Below, piece by piece: positions 40,695 through 51,127 of a stretch of 64,000 nucleotides of DNA. The stretch lies in NCBI RefSeq assembly GCF_041333735.1, contig NZ_JBGKFB010000001.1, positions 561,376 through 625,375 on the forward strand, given 5' to 3'. How positions within the stretch are numbered: the stretch's first letter is position 1; each line of letters begins with the position of its first letter. The stretch is from Veillonella sp. (lineage in GTDB: Bacteria; Bacillota; Negativicutes; Veillonellales; Veillonellaceae). The notes beneath the pieces were generated by a model that saw only the letters and a program-made list of their open reading frames with translations, was not told the DNA's origin and ran no database searches. Both the position numbers and the translations under genes were made by a program.

Positions 40695-41972
40695 TTATAA
40701 CAAAGAGGTTTGATTGGATGAAATAAATCGACCTGAGCTTTTAAATTCAGATTGATTATAAGCGCCTTCACCATGTTCACTAATATCGATACCCAAAGAT
40801 TCAGAACCTATGCTAACACGCATATCCATGAAAGCGCTGACGATTTTAAATAGTATAAATGTGCCTACAATGGCTAATACATAAGCAATCACGAGTGAAA
40901 GCAATTGAGGCCCTAACAAGGAACCACCATAGAACAACCCATTCGCCCCATCAGCATTAATCGTCGTTGTAGCCCATAAACCGGTAGCAATAGCGCCCCA
41001 TGTGCCGCCTACACCATGAATACCAAAGGCATCAAGAGAATCATCGTACCCAAGGCGATTTTTAATAATAGCTACCGCTAGATAACATACGACTGCACCG
41101 ATAAAGCCAATAATAACGGCCGCCATAGGCGTTACAAAGCCTGCCGCTGGTGTAATAGCTACTAGACCAGATACACCACCAGAGGCAGCCCCTAACACAG
41201 TAGGTTTACCACGATGCATCATTTCTACTAGTACCCATCCTACAATACCAACAGCTGCAGAGATTTGTGTAGTTAACACTGCATTAGCCGCAAGAAATCC
41301 TACGCCGAGAGCAGATCCTGCATTAAAGCCAAACCAACCAAACCATAAAATAGCGGCTCCAAGAATCGTCATCGGCAAATGGTGAGGTAGCATAGGCATC
41401 CGTCCATAGCCTCTGCGACGTCCTAGCAACATACATAAGGTCAACCCAGACACACCGGATAACACGTGAATCGCAAGTCCACCGGCAAAGTCTAATGCAC
41501 CTAAATCGCTGAGGAATCCACCGCCCCAAATCCAATGGGCCATCGGATTATATATAAAGATAGACCATAGTAAAGCAAATATTACAAAAGGTGCAAAACG
41601 CATCCGCCCTGTAATAGAACCACTCATGATGGCTGGTGTAATAACAGCAAACATGCATTGGAATGCTACAAAGGCAAGCTCAGGAATATGTGTATCACTT
41701 AAGACAGCTGTCTCCGCACCATCAAGACCAAATTTACTAAAGTCGCCGATGATGCCATGTAGATCATCACCAAAAATCAATGTATAGCCTATCAAAATAA
41801 ACTCAACAGAAATGACACCAATCAAAAAGAAGCTCTGCATGATTGTACCTAGCACATTTTTACTACGCGCCATCCCACCGTAAAACAACGCTAAACCAGG
41901 TGTCATAAAAAATACTAATGCAGCACACAACAAGACCCATGCGGTGTTGCCCGTATCAATCATATTGACCAT
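40695..41972 (-). CDS. amtB: Ammonium transporter
   Basis: MTPGLALFYGG, DFAGG, WFGWFGFNAGS, DDSLDAFGIHG. Confidence 0.97.
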   Translation of the reverse strand: MVNMIDTGNTAWVLLCAALVFFMTPGLALFYGGMARSKNVLGTIMQSFFLIGVISVEFILIGYTLIFGDDLHGIIGDFSKFGLDGAETAVLSDTHIPELAFVAFQCMFAVITPAIMSGSITGRMRFAPFVIFALLWSIFIYNPMAHWIWGGGFLSDLGALDFAGGLAIHVLSGVSGLTLCMLLGRRRGYGRMPMLPHHLPMTILGAAILWFGWFGFNAGSALGVGFLAANAVLTTQISAAVGIVGWVLVEMMHRGKPTVLGAASGGVSGLVAITPAAGFVTPMAAVIIGFIGAVVCYLAVAIIKNRLGYDDSLDAFGIHGVGGTWGAIATGLWATTTINADGANGLFYGGSLLGPQLLSLVIAYVLAIVGTFILFKIVSAFMDMRVSIGSESLGIDISEHGEGAYNQSEFKSSGRFISSNQTSLL

Positions 41973-41991
41973 AAGAAACTCCTTTCCATAC

Positions 41992-42074
41992 AAAAAGCGC
42001 CTTGCTCGCAGAAAGTCTGCATGCAAGGCGCCGTTACCTAACTATTTTATTGTTCCGATATATATCGCTACATA
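41992..42074 (-). promoter_or_regulatory. Leader terminator with ANTAR-like hexaloop hairpin(s)
   Basis: AGGT-AACGGC-GCCT overlaps the terminator GCGCCTTGC...GCAAGGCGCTTTTT; upstream TATGT-AGCGAT-ATATA. Confidence 0.65.
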
Positions 42075-42163
42075 CATCGTATATTACATTCCTATTCATG
42101 TCAATAAATTCTATAGAATTTATTGAATTCTAATGTACATAAAGCACAAAAGCTTCTATAAAG

Positions 42164-43435
42164 CTAAAAGCCATATTCAGGCAATGGAGATATCACACTA
42201 GTGGAGTCCATACTCTCACCTTTCATTTGAACATCAATGAGTAAGTTAATCACATCATCTCGACTAATATTTTTCTTATTACGATTAGCAATGATAGTGT
42301 GAATAAATAAATTCTTATCATTTCGTGTTATATAAGATATTTCCATTGCATTAAAAGCAGGATACTGAATATCCATTAATATTCCTGGTGTATTGTTATG
42401 CCATACAGTATAGGTATTTACTTTCACGCCTTTTATAATTCTACTATGAAGAATCTGATTTCTTAATGCATCTGATAGAATCTTATTTTGACGAGTTCCT
42501 TCCTTGATTGGATTAACTAGTAATAATTGAGCTAACCCATCTGCTTCATATACTCTAACGAATCCACCACCTTTAGCTATATCTTTTTTTAACGTTGTCC
42601 CTTCAATTCGACGATATGTAAAGTCTCCCAAAGCATCTACGGTATTAGGTATAGTAATCTCAGGTTTCTCCATAATTGAAGGTATTGTATAGTTTGCCAA
42701 TAAGCCTAACGTATGTTTATAATTAGCATTCTTATCAGTGGTTATAATGCCAATATGGTACATATAATTCGGCTTATTTTTAAGTGAAAAATTAACCGTA
42801 CTAATTGTACTTTTATCAAGGTTACCCTCTGAAGACGCTACATCCCACGTACCATTTTCAATACCTGGATACGTAAACTTTCCACCATCAATAAAAGTAT
42901 TTTTAGCACCTGGATTATGTTTTGCAAAAGCAGCCTTCATATCCTCTACAGTAAGTTCAGCATAACTTTTACCAGATTCAGCCCAAATTCTTGTATCCTT
43001 TACAGGCTCCACCTCAATGCCTATCATACCAAGATTAGACTTAGCATATTGTGTATGGCCTTTACCTCGATTCACCATTAAACTTGTATTAGATGTACCT
43101 GGCAAGATAAATTGAATAGAGCGATTTTCTCCAGATAACACATAAATGGAAGAACTATAGTTATGCGCCTTATAATCAATAATACTTTTATCCAAGATTT
43201 TATCTTTTGCGGCACTTTTATTCACTACAGGAACCTGTGAAGACATCCGCTTATCATATAAAGCTGATAAATCTTTTCTCAACTCAGCTATCTTAGTTTG
43301 ATCTACGATGTTATCACTATACACGACTGCAGGCATTTTAGGATTTGCCCCTGGAATCGATACATCTGCACCATGTGCCGTAAAAACTGCAGTAGAACTA
43401 ATAACTGCTGCCATTATCGCCATTCTAATATTCAT
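42164..43435 (-). CDS. Secreted hypothetical protein, AT-rich
   Basis: Signal peptide MNIRMAIMAAVISSTAVFTAHG; long ORF. Confidence 0.75.
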   Translation of the reverse strand: MNIRMAIMAAVISSTAVFTAHGADVSIPGANPKMPAVVYSDNIVDQTKIAELRKDLSALYDKRMSSQVPVVNKSAAKDKILDKSIIDYKAHNYSSSIYVLSGENRSIQFILPGTSNTSLMVNRGKGHTQYAKSNLGMIGIEVEPVKDTRIWAESGKSYAELTVEDMKAAFAKHNPGAKNTFIDGGKFTYPGIENGTWDVASSEGNLDKSTISTVNFSLKNKPNYMYHIGIITTDKNANYKHTLGLLANYTIPSIMEKPEITIPNTVDALGDFTYRRIEGTTLKKDIAKGGGFVRVYEADGLAQLLLVNPIKEGTRQNKILSDALRNQILHSRIIKGVKVNTYTVWHNNTPGILMDIQYPAFNAMEISYITRNDKNLFIHTIIANRNKKNISRDDVINLLIDVQMKGESMDSTSVISPLPEYGF

Positions 43436-43596
43436 AATACGCTCCAATACTTTCTCTATCTCACATATACAAATTAATGTAAACACATACATCTTACATA
43501 TATATAGTTTACTATTTTCTAAAAAAAGCAGCAAATTTATAAATTAAAAGTGCACTCACAAAGGTGAGTGCACTTTATATATTGCAATAATCAATA

Positions 43597-45429
43597 TTAT
43601 GCTTTTGCTTCTTTACCGTATTTTACGAGGCTTTCAGCTTCGATTTCAGCTTGTGTACGGTAATCTTGAGGAATGCTAGATAAGCGGATCCAACTACGTA
43701 CAGCTTCTACCAATACGATAAGGATCATGAGGAACATGGCAGCACTGAATGCTACTAGGATCCATTTACCAGCTGGGATATAGCTGTTAAATACGTTTTC
43801 AAAGTCTGCAGCGATAGCAACAATAGCCATGAGGATACAAGGAATACCTGTAACCCATGCATAACGTTTGCGACCAAGTCGCATGATAACTGTAGTACCT
43901 ACAGCCAATGTCATAGTACCTAATAATTGGTTAGATACGCCGAATAGAGGCCAGATAATACCGATGTTACCTTGTAGAACTAGGTAGCCCCACAAAATAC
44001 AAATTAAAGCTGCACAACCATAAACGCCAGGAGCCCAATGTTGGTCGTTGAATTTAGGATGGAAATGACCTAATAATTCTTGAAGTAAGTAACGACCTAC
44101 GCGAGTACCAGCATCGATCAAAGTCATGATGAACAATGCTTCGAACATGATACAGAAGTGATACCAGTAACCCAACAAGTGATCCATGTTAGGTAATTTA
44201 GAGAAGATATGAGCCATACCTACTGCAAGGGATACAGCGCCACCAGGACGGTGCATCAAGTCTTCACCAACCATTGCGGACAATGCTGGCAATTCATGAA
44301 CTTGAAGGCCTAACGCTTTGAAGGATTCAGCAGTGGAGTTAATTGCGAAGTAATCATCTGGATGCAATGCAGTGGCTGCGATCAACGCCATCATAGCGAT
44401 GAAGCCTTCTGTTAACATTGCGCCATAGCCGATAGGCAAGATTTCTTTTTCATTAGTAAGCATTTTAGGTGTTGTACCTGTTGCGATAACAGTATGGAAA
44501 CCAGATAACGCACCACATGCGATAGTAATGAAGATGTAAGGGAATACAGAACCTTTCAATACAGGACCGCCACCCCAAATGTAAGGAGTTACAGCTGGCA
44601 TTTGAATTTCAGGCATTACAATGATAATACCAAGAGCCAATGCGCCGATTGTACCGATTTTAAGGTATGTGGACAAATAATCACGAGGAGCAAGCAATAA
44701 CCAAACCGGCAATGCTGCTGCAAAGAAACCATATACGGCAAGCATGATTTCGATGGTTTGCAAGTCATATGTAAACCAAGAAGCATATTCGCTAGCTGCT
44801 ACGTTTGGACCGTAGATAATAGCTGCGAAAATCAACGCTACACCGATAATAGTTGCTTCTTGAATTTTACCAGGACGCAACCATTTCAAATAAATACCAA
44901 TGAAAATAGCGATTGGAATCGTAGCAAATACAGAGAAGAAACCCCATGGGGAGTTATGCAATGCGTTAGCTACTACTACGGCCATACCAGCAAGGGTGAT
45001 GATCAATAGGAACAATGTAGCAAGCATAGCACCGAAACCAGCGAATTTACTGATTTCTTCACGTGCAATATCCGCAATAGATTTACCATCATAGCGAACG
45101 GATGCGAACAAGATAACCATGTCATGTACAGCGCCGGCTAATACGGAACCGATAAGGATCCATAATGCACCAGGCAAATACCCGAACTGGGCTGCGATAA
45201 CAGGACCTACCAAAGGACCTGCACCAGCAATCGCTGCAAAGTGATGACCAAATGTTACCCATTTGTTTGTGGGCACGTAATCGTGACCATCATTGTGGAC
45301 CATAGCTGGCGTTGGACGATATTCATCCAATGTTAATACTTTCGCCGCTATGAAAGCCCCATAAAAGCGGTACGCTAAAATTAGAATACACGCGGAGGCT
45401 ATAACTAAGTAAATACCATTCATAACCAT
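43597..45429 (-). CDS. cstA: Carbon starvation protein A family (peptide/pyruvate) transporter
   Basis: FGHHFAAIAGAGPLVGP, PRDYLS, ACGALSGFH, WPLFGVSNQLL. Confidence 0.96.
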   Translation of the reverse strand: MVMNGIYLVIASACILILAYRFYGAFIAAKVLTLDEYRPTPAMVHNDGHDYVPTNKWVTFGHHFAAIAGAGPLVGPVIAAQFGYLPGALWILIGSVLAGAVHDMVILFASVRYDGKSIADIAREEISKFAGFGAMLATLFLLIITLAGMAVVVANALHNSPWGFFSVFATIPIAIFIGIYLKWLRPGKIQEATIIGVALIFAAIIYGPNVAASEYASWFTYDLQTIEIMLAVYGFFAAALPVWLLLAPRDYLSTYLKIGTIGALALGIIIVMPEIQMPAVTPYIWGGGPVLKGSVFPYIFITIACGALSGFHTVIATGTTPKMLTNEKEILPIGYGAMLTEGFIAMMALIAATALHPDDYFAINSTAESFKALGLQVHELPALSAMVGEDLMHRPGGAVSLAVGMAHIFSKLPNMDHLLGYWYHFCIMFEALFIMTLIDAGTRVGRYLLQELLGHFHPKFNDQHWAPGVYGCAALICILWGYLVLQGNIGIIWPLFGVSNQLLGTMTLAVGTTVIMRLGRKRYAWVTGIPCILMAIVAIAADFENVFNSYIPAGKWILVAFSAAMFLMILIVLVEAVRSWIRLSSIPQDYRTQAEIEAESLVKYGKEAKA

Positions 45430-45675
45430 ATAAACACCTCCAATTGTCTTGTGTGACATGGTGTTATATAAAAATATCTGATAAATCTTTTGCACATCCA
45501 TGCCACATTGGCTCTCAAAACTTTTAGTACTTACAATAATATTGTATATCTAAACATAGAAGTGTCAATTATCAATTTCTCATTTTGAATGTACATTATG
45601 AGTTAAAAACATAACTAAAAAGCATTCTCCGTTACTTAGAGAATGCTTTTATCGTTTTATTTTGATAGTAATTAT

Positions 45676-45981
45676 CTATTGTCTTACTACGACTCCTGAT
45701 TTATGAAGGGCCTTTTTAATATCTTTTATAGTTAAAACTTTGTTATGTAACAACGCCCCTACAAGAGCTCTAGTTACATTTGTCTTTGTAAATAAATCCA
45801 CAAAATACTGTATATTTCCAGCACCACCAAAGGCTGTTACAGGTACATCCACAACCTCTGCTAAAGCTTGATATAATTCAATATCAAATCCAAGCCCCGT
45901 GCCATGTCTATCGATACTCGTTACCAATAACTCACCCATACCATGGCCTACCGCTTCTTTTACCCATTCTAAAGCATTTTT
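45676..45981 (-). pseudogene. hisF: 3' fragment of hisF
   Basis: KNALEWVKEAVGHGMGELLVTSIDRHGTGLGFD...VTAFGGAG; N-terminal part absent. Confidence 0.88.
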
Positions 45982-45995
45982 ACATTGTGGCCCTC

Positions 45996-46217
45996 CTATT
46001 TTTTCGTCGCTCCATAGTCTTCCGTAATATTGCCAAATGCACGCAATAGATTTAGACCTACGACACCACTTTTTTCAGGATGGAATTGCATTCCATATAC
46101 TCTACCGCGCTCAACAACACCTGGTACATCGATACCATAGTTTGCAGTAGATGTAATAAACTCAGGATCAGTATCTACATAATAGGAATGAACGAAATAG
46201 GTATATTGATCGTCTAC
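45996..46217 (-). pseudogene. hisH: 3' fragment of hisH
   Basis: Manual translation VDDQYTYFVHSYYV...VYGMQFHPEKSGVVGLNLLRAF; no start codon and no catalytic Cys region. Confidence 0.88.
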
Positions 46218-46534
46218 GGTAATTCAATATTAGTGGTCGCTAAGAAACGACCAATCGGCATAGTTAAATCAGGACGAATTACGACGGACGCGTCCGAGCT
46301 ATCCATGAACTCGTACATATGCTGACCGCGCCCCATTGCATAGCCATTGAATACATCCTTGTACTCCACAAGAGGTGTAGAGATCTTTGTGTATTGGCGG
46401 TTACGACATAAACCAAGCACATATTGACTCACATCATCCTTGCGCTCCGCTACGGCCCCTATATCATCGCGGAACCCCGTAGGTAATTGCTGCTGTACCA
46501 TCGTAAACATCCTTTCTATCATTTCATTTCTCAT
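46214..46534 (-). pseudogene. hisZ: 5' fragment of hisZ (ATP phosphoribosyltransferase regulatory subunit)
   Basis: LPTGFRD, TPLVEY, VIRPDLTMPIGR; ends after about 100 aa. Confidence 0.82.
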
Positions 46535-46943
46535 ACCTGTGAAAGCATCATATAATCAGTTTCAAACGAGTTAAATGGCTTTCATTTATCTATGAGAAAA
46601 AATTTACCTATATCGATACTTTTTATTTTATCACTTTATCTGGTTAAAGTATGAAATTATAATATAACGGTTCTATAGAATTGTTAATAGAACCGTTAGT
46701 ATTACTCAAATTTAATTATGGGTCATTATAGGTAATAAACCTGGTTGTTGAAGTATTTATACCGTTTATTTTATCATATTAACACAGTTTAAAGTATAGC
46801 ATAAAGAATTTCCCTGTTAATAAAGTGTAGTTTTCCTTATTAATAACTAAAGGGGCACCTCCTTCGAGGTGCCCCTTTGCTATGGTTTCTTAAAGAATTC
46901 CATATCATTAGTCTAATATAGTAAAACAATATATATTTTCTAT

Positions 46944-47336
46944 TTAAAAAAGGGCTTTTCTAAATGCATAAGCAAACACGATAATCCCCCATAATGCAGA
47001 AAACGTTGCAATAAGGCCCTCTTTAAAATATATACTATCTCTTTTTTGACAAAACCCCGTGAGTATTGTAAAAAAGAAGAAAATCAACCAAATACTGCCA
47101 TAATCTACTATAAATTTATAATCTTTATCCATTAAAAATTTAAGATTTAATACCACTAAACTTATAATAGAGATTATAGATAAATACTTTGTTAGGCTAC
47201 CTAAAATTCTATGTTTTTTCATATATTCATATTTTTCATCAAATGAACATTTACGGATCTCAATTTTATATAACCCTATAGATAATGATATAGATATAAA
47301 AACAAAAAAATATCCTAATATTCCAAGTTTACTCAT
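46944..47336 (-). CDS. Small AT-rich membrane protein
   Basis: Four hydrophobic segments; GGGGAG RBS. Confidence 0.65.
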   Translation of the reverse strand: MSKLGILGYFFVFISISLSIGLYKIEIRKCSFDEKYEYMKKHRILGSLTKYLSIISIISLVVLNLKFLMDKDYKFIVDYGSIWLIFFFFTILTGFCQKRDSIYFKEGLIATFSALWGIIVFAYAFRKALF

Positions 47337-47395
47337 TTTCTCCCCGTTGGCTTATATCCTCTTATATACTATAGTTAAATACATATAATTAAGGA

Positions 47396-47863
47396 TTAAT
47401 TTTGACTTTGTAACGATAGATATATAGACCTATCAACTTCATCTAAGTCTTCAATCTTATACTTCGTTTTACTTGCATCAAAATGATAATATTTCTTTAC
47501 ATGATCTAATAAAGCTTTGGACTCTTGGTTTTGTTTGGAGAAGAATAGAATACAATTCATATTATTATCAAAGACAATCATATTATCCTTACATAATAAG
47601 TATAGATACGAGCTGCCAGCCTTATCTTTCTCTACAAAGGCATCAAAGAAATAAGGAAATTTAGAGTTAGAGAAACTAGTATCAGATACAATAAATTGGC
47701 TACCCAATTTGCTAATATAAATTTCATTCTTAGGCCCAAACTCTAAAACTACACTACGGCCAACCAGCTCATCTGATGATGGTTCATGATAAAACATATA
47801 AGCTATAAAAGCTGTTATTAGAGTAATCAGAATAATAATCCCAAACAAAAGCTTTCTCATCAA
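47396..47863 (-). CDS. AT-rich membrane-anchored hypothetical protein
   Basis: N-terminal transmembrane segment; abuts the histidinol-phosphatase gene. Confidence 0.6.
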   Translation of the reverse strand: MMRKLLFGIIILITLITAFIAYMFYHEPSSDELVGRSVVLEFGPKNEIYISKLGSQFIVSDTSFSNSKFPYFFDAFVEKDKAGSSYLYLLCKDNMIVFDNNMNCILFFSKQNQESKALLDHVKKYYHFDASKTKYKIEDLDEVDRSIYLSLQSQN

Positions 47864-47864
47864 T

Positions 47865-48728
47865 CTAGCCCCAAATTTTTTCTATATCTGCCACGCTATG
47901 TGCATCAGAACCAAGTACAAATGGCACACCAATAACAGCAGCCATGCCTTGAATAAAGCGGCTTGGGTACATTTCACGGCAGTCCGGTTTAAAGAAGCCG
48001 CTCATATTGTAGTCTAGTTCACGCCCTTGTACGCGCATGATATGCAAAATATCGCTTACGACCTGCGCATTGCGGCGATCTAAGTGATGCTCAAAGCCAA
48101 AGTGGTGTTGGTATTTCTTAATCAAATCAAAGTGACCAATGCGTTTTGGCGTATATTCACCGAGGTCAGCGCGCACAGCTTGGCGCACAGTAGAGTAATA
48201 TTTGTAATATAACTCATATTGCTTTTGAATCCACGGACCAAAGCCCTTTTCAAATTCTTTAGGGCTGTAGTCTAAGCAGTAGTAGGCATTATTAACGCCT
48301 TCCATAAAGTGAACAGACAAGATGTTATCATCCGTCAACGGACCATAACGATCTAAGAACTCTTGAATATCTGCCTCAAAGCCTGGAATGTAATCTACTT
48401 CAAAGCCGAGGGAGATATCGATATGCGTACCATAAGCACGTTGTAATTGACGGCCTAGTTCTAAATAGGAATCTACTTGATTCAATTTCAAAGAAGCCGT
48501 GTTATACGCCTTTTTGTCGCCACCATATTCAGCAGCAAAGCCCGCAGGCAATGGCGCATGCTCAGTGAGGCACACCTTTTCAATGCGCAACTCAATGGCT
48601 TTTTCAATCATCAACGCAGTGCGGTCGCCACTACCATGGGGACACAATTCTGTATGTACATGACCGTCCACAAGTCGGCTGCGATACTTACTATAGCCAA
48701 CGAACTGCCGTTCATCTTTCATGTTCAT
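47865..48728 (-). CDS. hisK: Histidinol-phosphatase (PHP family, HisJ/HisK)
   Basis: DGHVHTELCPHG, TEHAPLP, GFEVDY, LSVHF, IGHFDL, GSDAH. Confidence 0.9.
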   Translation of the reverse strand: MNMKDERQFVGYSKYRSRLVDGHVHTELCPHGSGDRTALMIEKAIELRIEKVCLTEHAPLPAGFAAEYGGDKKAYNTASLKLNQVDSYLELGRQLQRAYGTHIDISLGFEVDYIPGFEADIQEFLDRYGPLTDDNILSVHFMEGVNNAYYCLDYSPKEFEKGFGPWIQKQYELYYKYYSTVRQAVRADLGEYTPKRIGHFDLIKKYQHHFGFEHHLDRRNAQVVSDILHIMRVQGRELDYNMSGFFKPDCREMYPSRFIQGMAAVIGVPFVLGSDAHSVADIEKIWG

Positions 48729-48804
48729 TCAATCACCCTATTCGCCCTAACCCGTAGCGAACCCTTATCTATCATCTGTACATTATTAATATATAGTATT
48801 AATA

Positions 48805-48856
48805 TATCTAATTTATTTACCTAATTCATGTACCTAATTCATATACCTAATTTATA
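48805..48856. repeat. Four tandem copies of a 13-bp unit
   Basis: tatctaatttatt / tacctaattcatg / tacctaattcata / tacctaatttata. Confidence 0.8.
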
Positions 48857-48880
48857 TATCATATTATTATCTACGTTTTA

Positions 48881-49381
48881 TTATACCAATAATGCGTATG
48901 TTTCGGTATCCTGATATTTACCATGTTTGAAACCAACTTGCGGTGTTAAACCACAATAGGTAAAGCCAAACCGTTCATGTAGTACTGTACTTGCCGCATT
49001 TCCCGCCGTAATGACAGACACCACCGTATGTAATGTTTCTGTTTCTTTAGCATGCTCTAATATATGGGCCATCAATTTAGACGCCACACCTTTGCTGCGA
49101 TACTCTTGATGAATGTAGATAGATAATTCGACGGTGCTTTTGAAAGCATCCTTTGTTCTATATGGTGAAAGCGATGCATAGCCTACCACAACATCGTCCA
49201 TATTCCCTACAAAAATGCAGTGCTCCACCGTTTGATGCGCCCCGAACCACTCCTGCCACTCTGGCAACGTACGCGGCTCAAGATCAAGGGTGGCTACGCC
49301 GTTTACAACCTCATAATTGTAAATATCTAAACAAGATGCTATATCATCCTTTGTAATTGGTCGTATTACTAATTCACTCAT
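48881..49381 (-). CDS. GNAT acetyltransferase (PAT/YncA-like)
   Basis: DIYNYEV, VELSIY, NAASTVLHERFGF, VGFKHG. Confidence 0.92.
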   Translation of the reverse strand: MSELVIRPITKDDIASCLDIYNYEVVNGVATLDLEPRTLPEWQEWFGAHQTVEHCIFVGNMDDVVVGYASLSPYRTKDAFKSTVELSIYIHQEYRSKGVASKLMAHILEHAKETETLHTVVSVITAGNAASTVLHERFGFTYCGLTPQVGFKHGKYQDTETYALLV

Positions 49382-49636
49382 AAGTATTCCTCAAAATTGT
49401 GGATATCCTAAAAAACATTATTTCTATTTAACATAATATATAAAAAGAGCCCACATACGCAAGAAAAAGGATGAACTGTTCGTAGCACATACCATTTCAT
49501 ATTTCTGCATTTTTAAGAAGTAAAAATTGCATATTTTACTTCTATATACCCAATACAACAAAACTGAGTGGTAAAAACATCAATTTTTACCACTCAGTTT
49601 ATGTATTTAAGTTTTAATTGTAAATATATGAGAAGA

Positions 49637-50305
49637 TTAAACTACTAGAAATAAAAGTACTGTAATAACAATCAAAGCCCCAATCACGCCGTAATCGATA
49701 GTTTTCAAGCCTACAGATGCTGCAAAGCTATGTGTAGGTCCACCAAAGCCACGTAGTTCTAGGGACAACGCCATTGTTTCAGAGCGGCCCAAGGATTTTA
49801 AAAGCAATGGTTGGATCACAGATGCGTAAGATTTCATGCGCTTCAAGAAATTGCCTTCTAAGGATAAACCACGGCATGCTTGTGCCTCTTGTACAGCATG
49901 GCTTTCAGCAATGAAATCAGGCACGAAGCGAAGTGCGGCAGTGAACATAAATGCATATTCATAAGGAATTTTGCATTGTGTTACGAGTGATGCTGTAAGG
50001 TCTTGTAATTTTGTAGTTGCCAACAAGCAGATGAATACAAGTGTCATGGCGAGCATACGCAAGCCGGATACGATGGCAGATGTTACATCACCACTACCGA
50101 GAAATTGAACAATACCAAGGAATACAGCAAAGCTAGTCAATGCTACAACGGCTTTGCGTTGTTTGAATAGCAAACCAGCTACAAGCAATACACCCAGCTC
50201 TACAACGACCAAGGCCAATAGAGATGGCCAGTCGCGCAATAGAATGGCCCACACGGATACAGCGAGGGTCATCAAAATTTTTGTTAACGGTACTAAACGT
50301 TCCAT
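49637..50305 (-). CDS. ECF transporter T component
   Basis: ALRFVP, AQACRG, SLELRGF. Confidence 0.93.
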   Translation of the reverse strand: MERLVPLTKILMTLAVSVWAILLRDWPSLLALVVVELGVLLVAGLLFKQRKAVVALTSFAVFLGIVQFLGSGDVTSAIVSGLRMLAMTLVFICLLATTKLQDLTASLVTQCKIPYEYAFMFTAALRFVPDFIAESHAVQEAQACRGLSLEGNFLKRMKSYASVIQPLLLKSLGRSETMALSLELRGFGGPTHSFAASVGLKTIDYGVIGALIVITVLLFLVV

Positions 50306-50314
50306 ATGTCCCTC

Positions 50315-51127
50315 CTATTTTCCGCTCAACTGAGCCACTAACTTAGATTTCAATTCATCCATGGATTTGCAATAGCCTAGGGATGGTACCGCTAGTGAAA
50401 GTTCCACACTTGGCGGTTTTGTAAGGCCTAGGTCTTGCAATTCGTCCGTAGATTTTTTGAATAATTCTTCTGGAGTGCCATCAAAGGCAACTGTTTGGTT
50501 ACCCATGATGAGTGCACGGCTACATTCGCTAGCCATGATTTCCATATCATGTGTAATGAGAAGGATCGTAATGCCTTCTTGATTAAGTTGACGCAATAAA
50601 GCTAACAACTCTTTAGTTTCCTTACCATCTTGACCACTTGTCGGTTCGTCGAGGATGAGGATTTTAGATTGCATTGCTAGAGCAGAAGCGATGGCAACGC
50701 GTTGCTTTTCACCGCGGCGCAATGTTGGAGGGTACGCTTCGCGTAAATGCGTAATACCTGTGCGCTCCAACACTTCATCAACGATTTGTTTTACTTCGGC
50801 TTTACTGCGACCTAATGATTCAGGACCAAAGGCAACCTCTGTGGCTACTGTTGGTCTGAACATTTGGCGATCCGGTTGTTGGAATACATAACCAATAAAT
50901 TGACCACGCTTGGATGGCGGCATAGACGTAATGTCAGTGCCGTTATAGTACATGCGGCCTTCGCTAGATTTTTCAAGACCAACGAGCAAACGAGTGATAG
51001 TCGTTTTACCACAACCGTTGCGACCACCGATGGCGATATATTCGCCGCCTTCGATGGTGAAAGTCACATCCCGGAAGATGTCTACAGATGGCACATAGCC
51101 AAAGCGGATATTTTCAACCTTAAGCAT
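50315..51127 (-). CDS. ECF transporter ATPase
   Basis: GRNGCGKT, FQQPDRQ, variant signature LRRGEKQR, LDEPT. Confidence 0.93.
   Translation of the reverse strand: MLKVENIRFGYVPSVDIFRDVTFTIEGGEYIAIGGRNGCGKTTITRLLVGLEKSSEGRMYYNGTDITSMPPSKRGQFIGYVFQQPDRQMFRPTVATEVAFGPESLGRSKAEVKQIVDEVLERTGITHLREAYPPTLRRGEKQRVAIASALAMQSKILILDEPTSGQDGKETKELLALLRQLNQEGITILLITHDMEIMASECSRALIMGNQTVAFDGTPEELFKKSTDELQDLGLTKPPSVELSLAVPSLGYCKSMDELKSKLVAQLSGK

Noticed and set aside
46540..46800. His T-box upstream of the hisZ remnant
   Set aside because: No GGTGGNACC motif found
48805..48856. Tandem repeats as a CRISPR array
   Set aside because: 13-bp contiguous units without spacers, and no cas genes in the window
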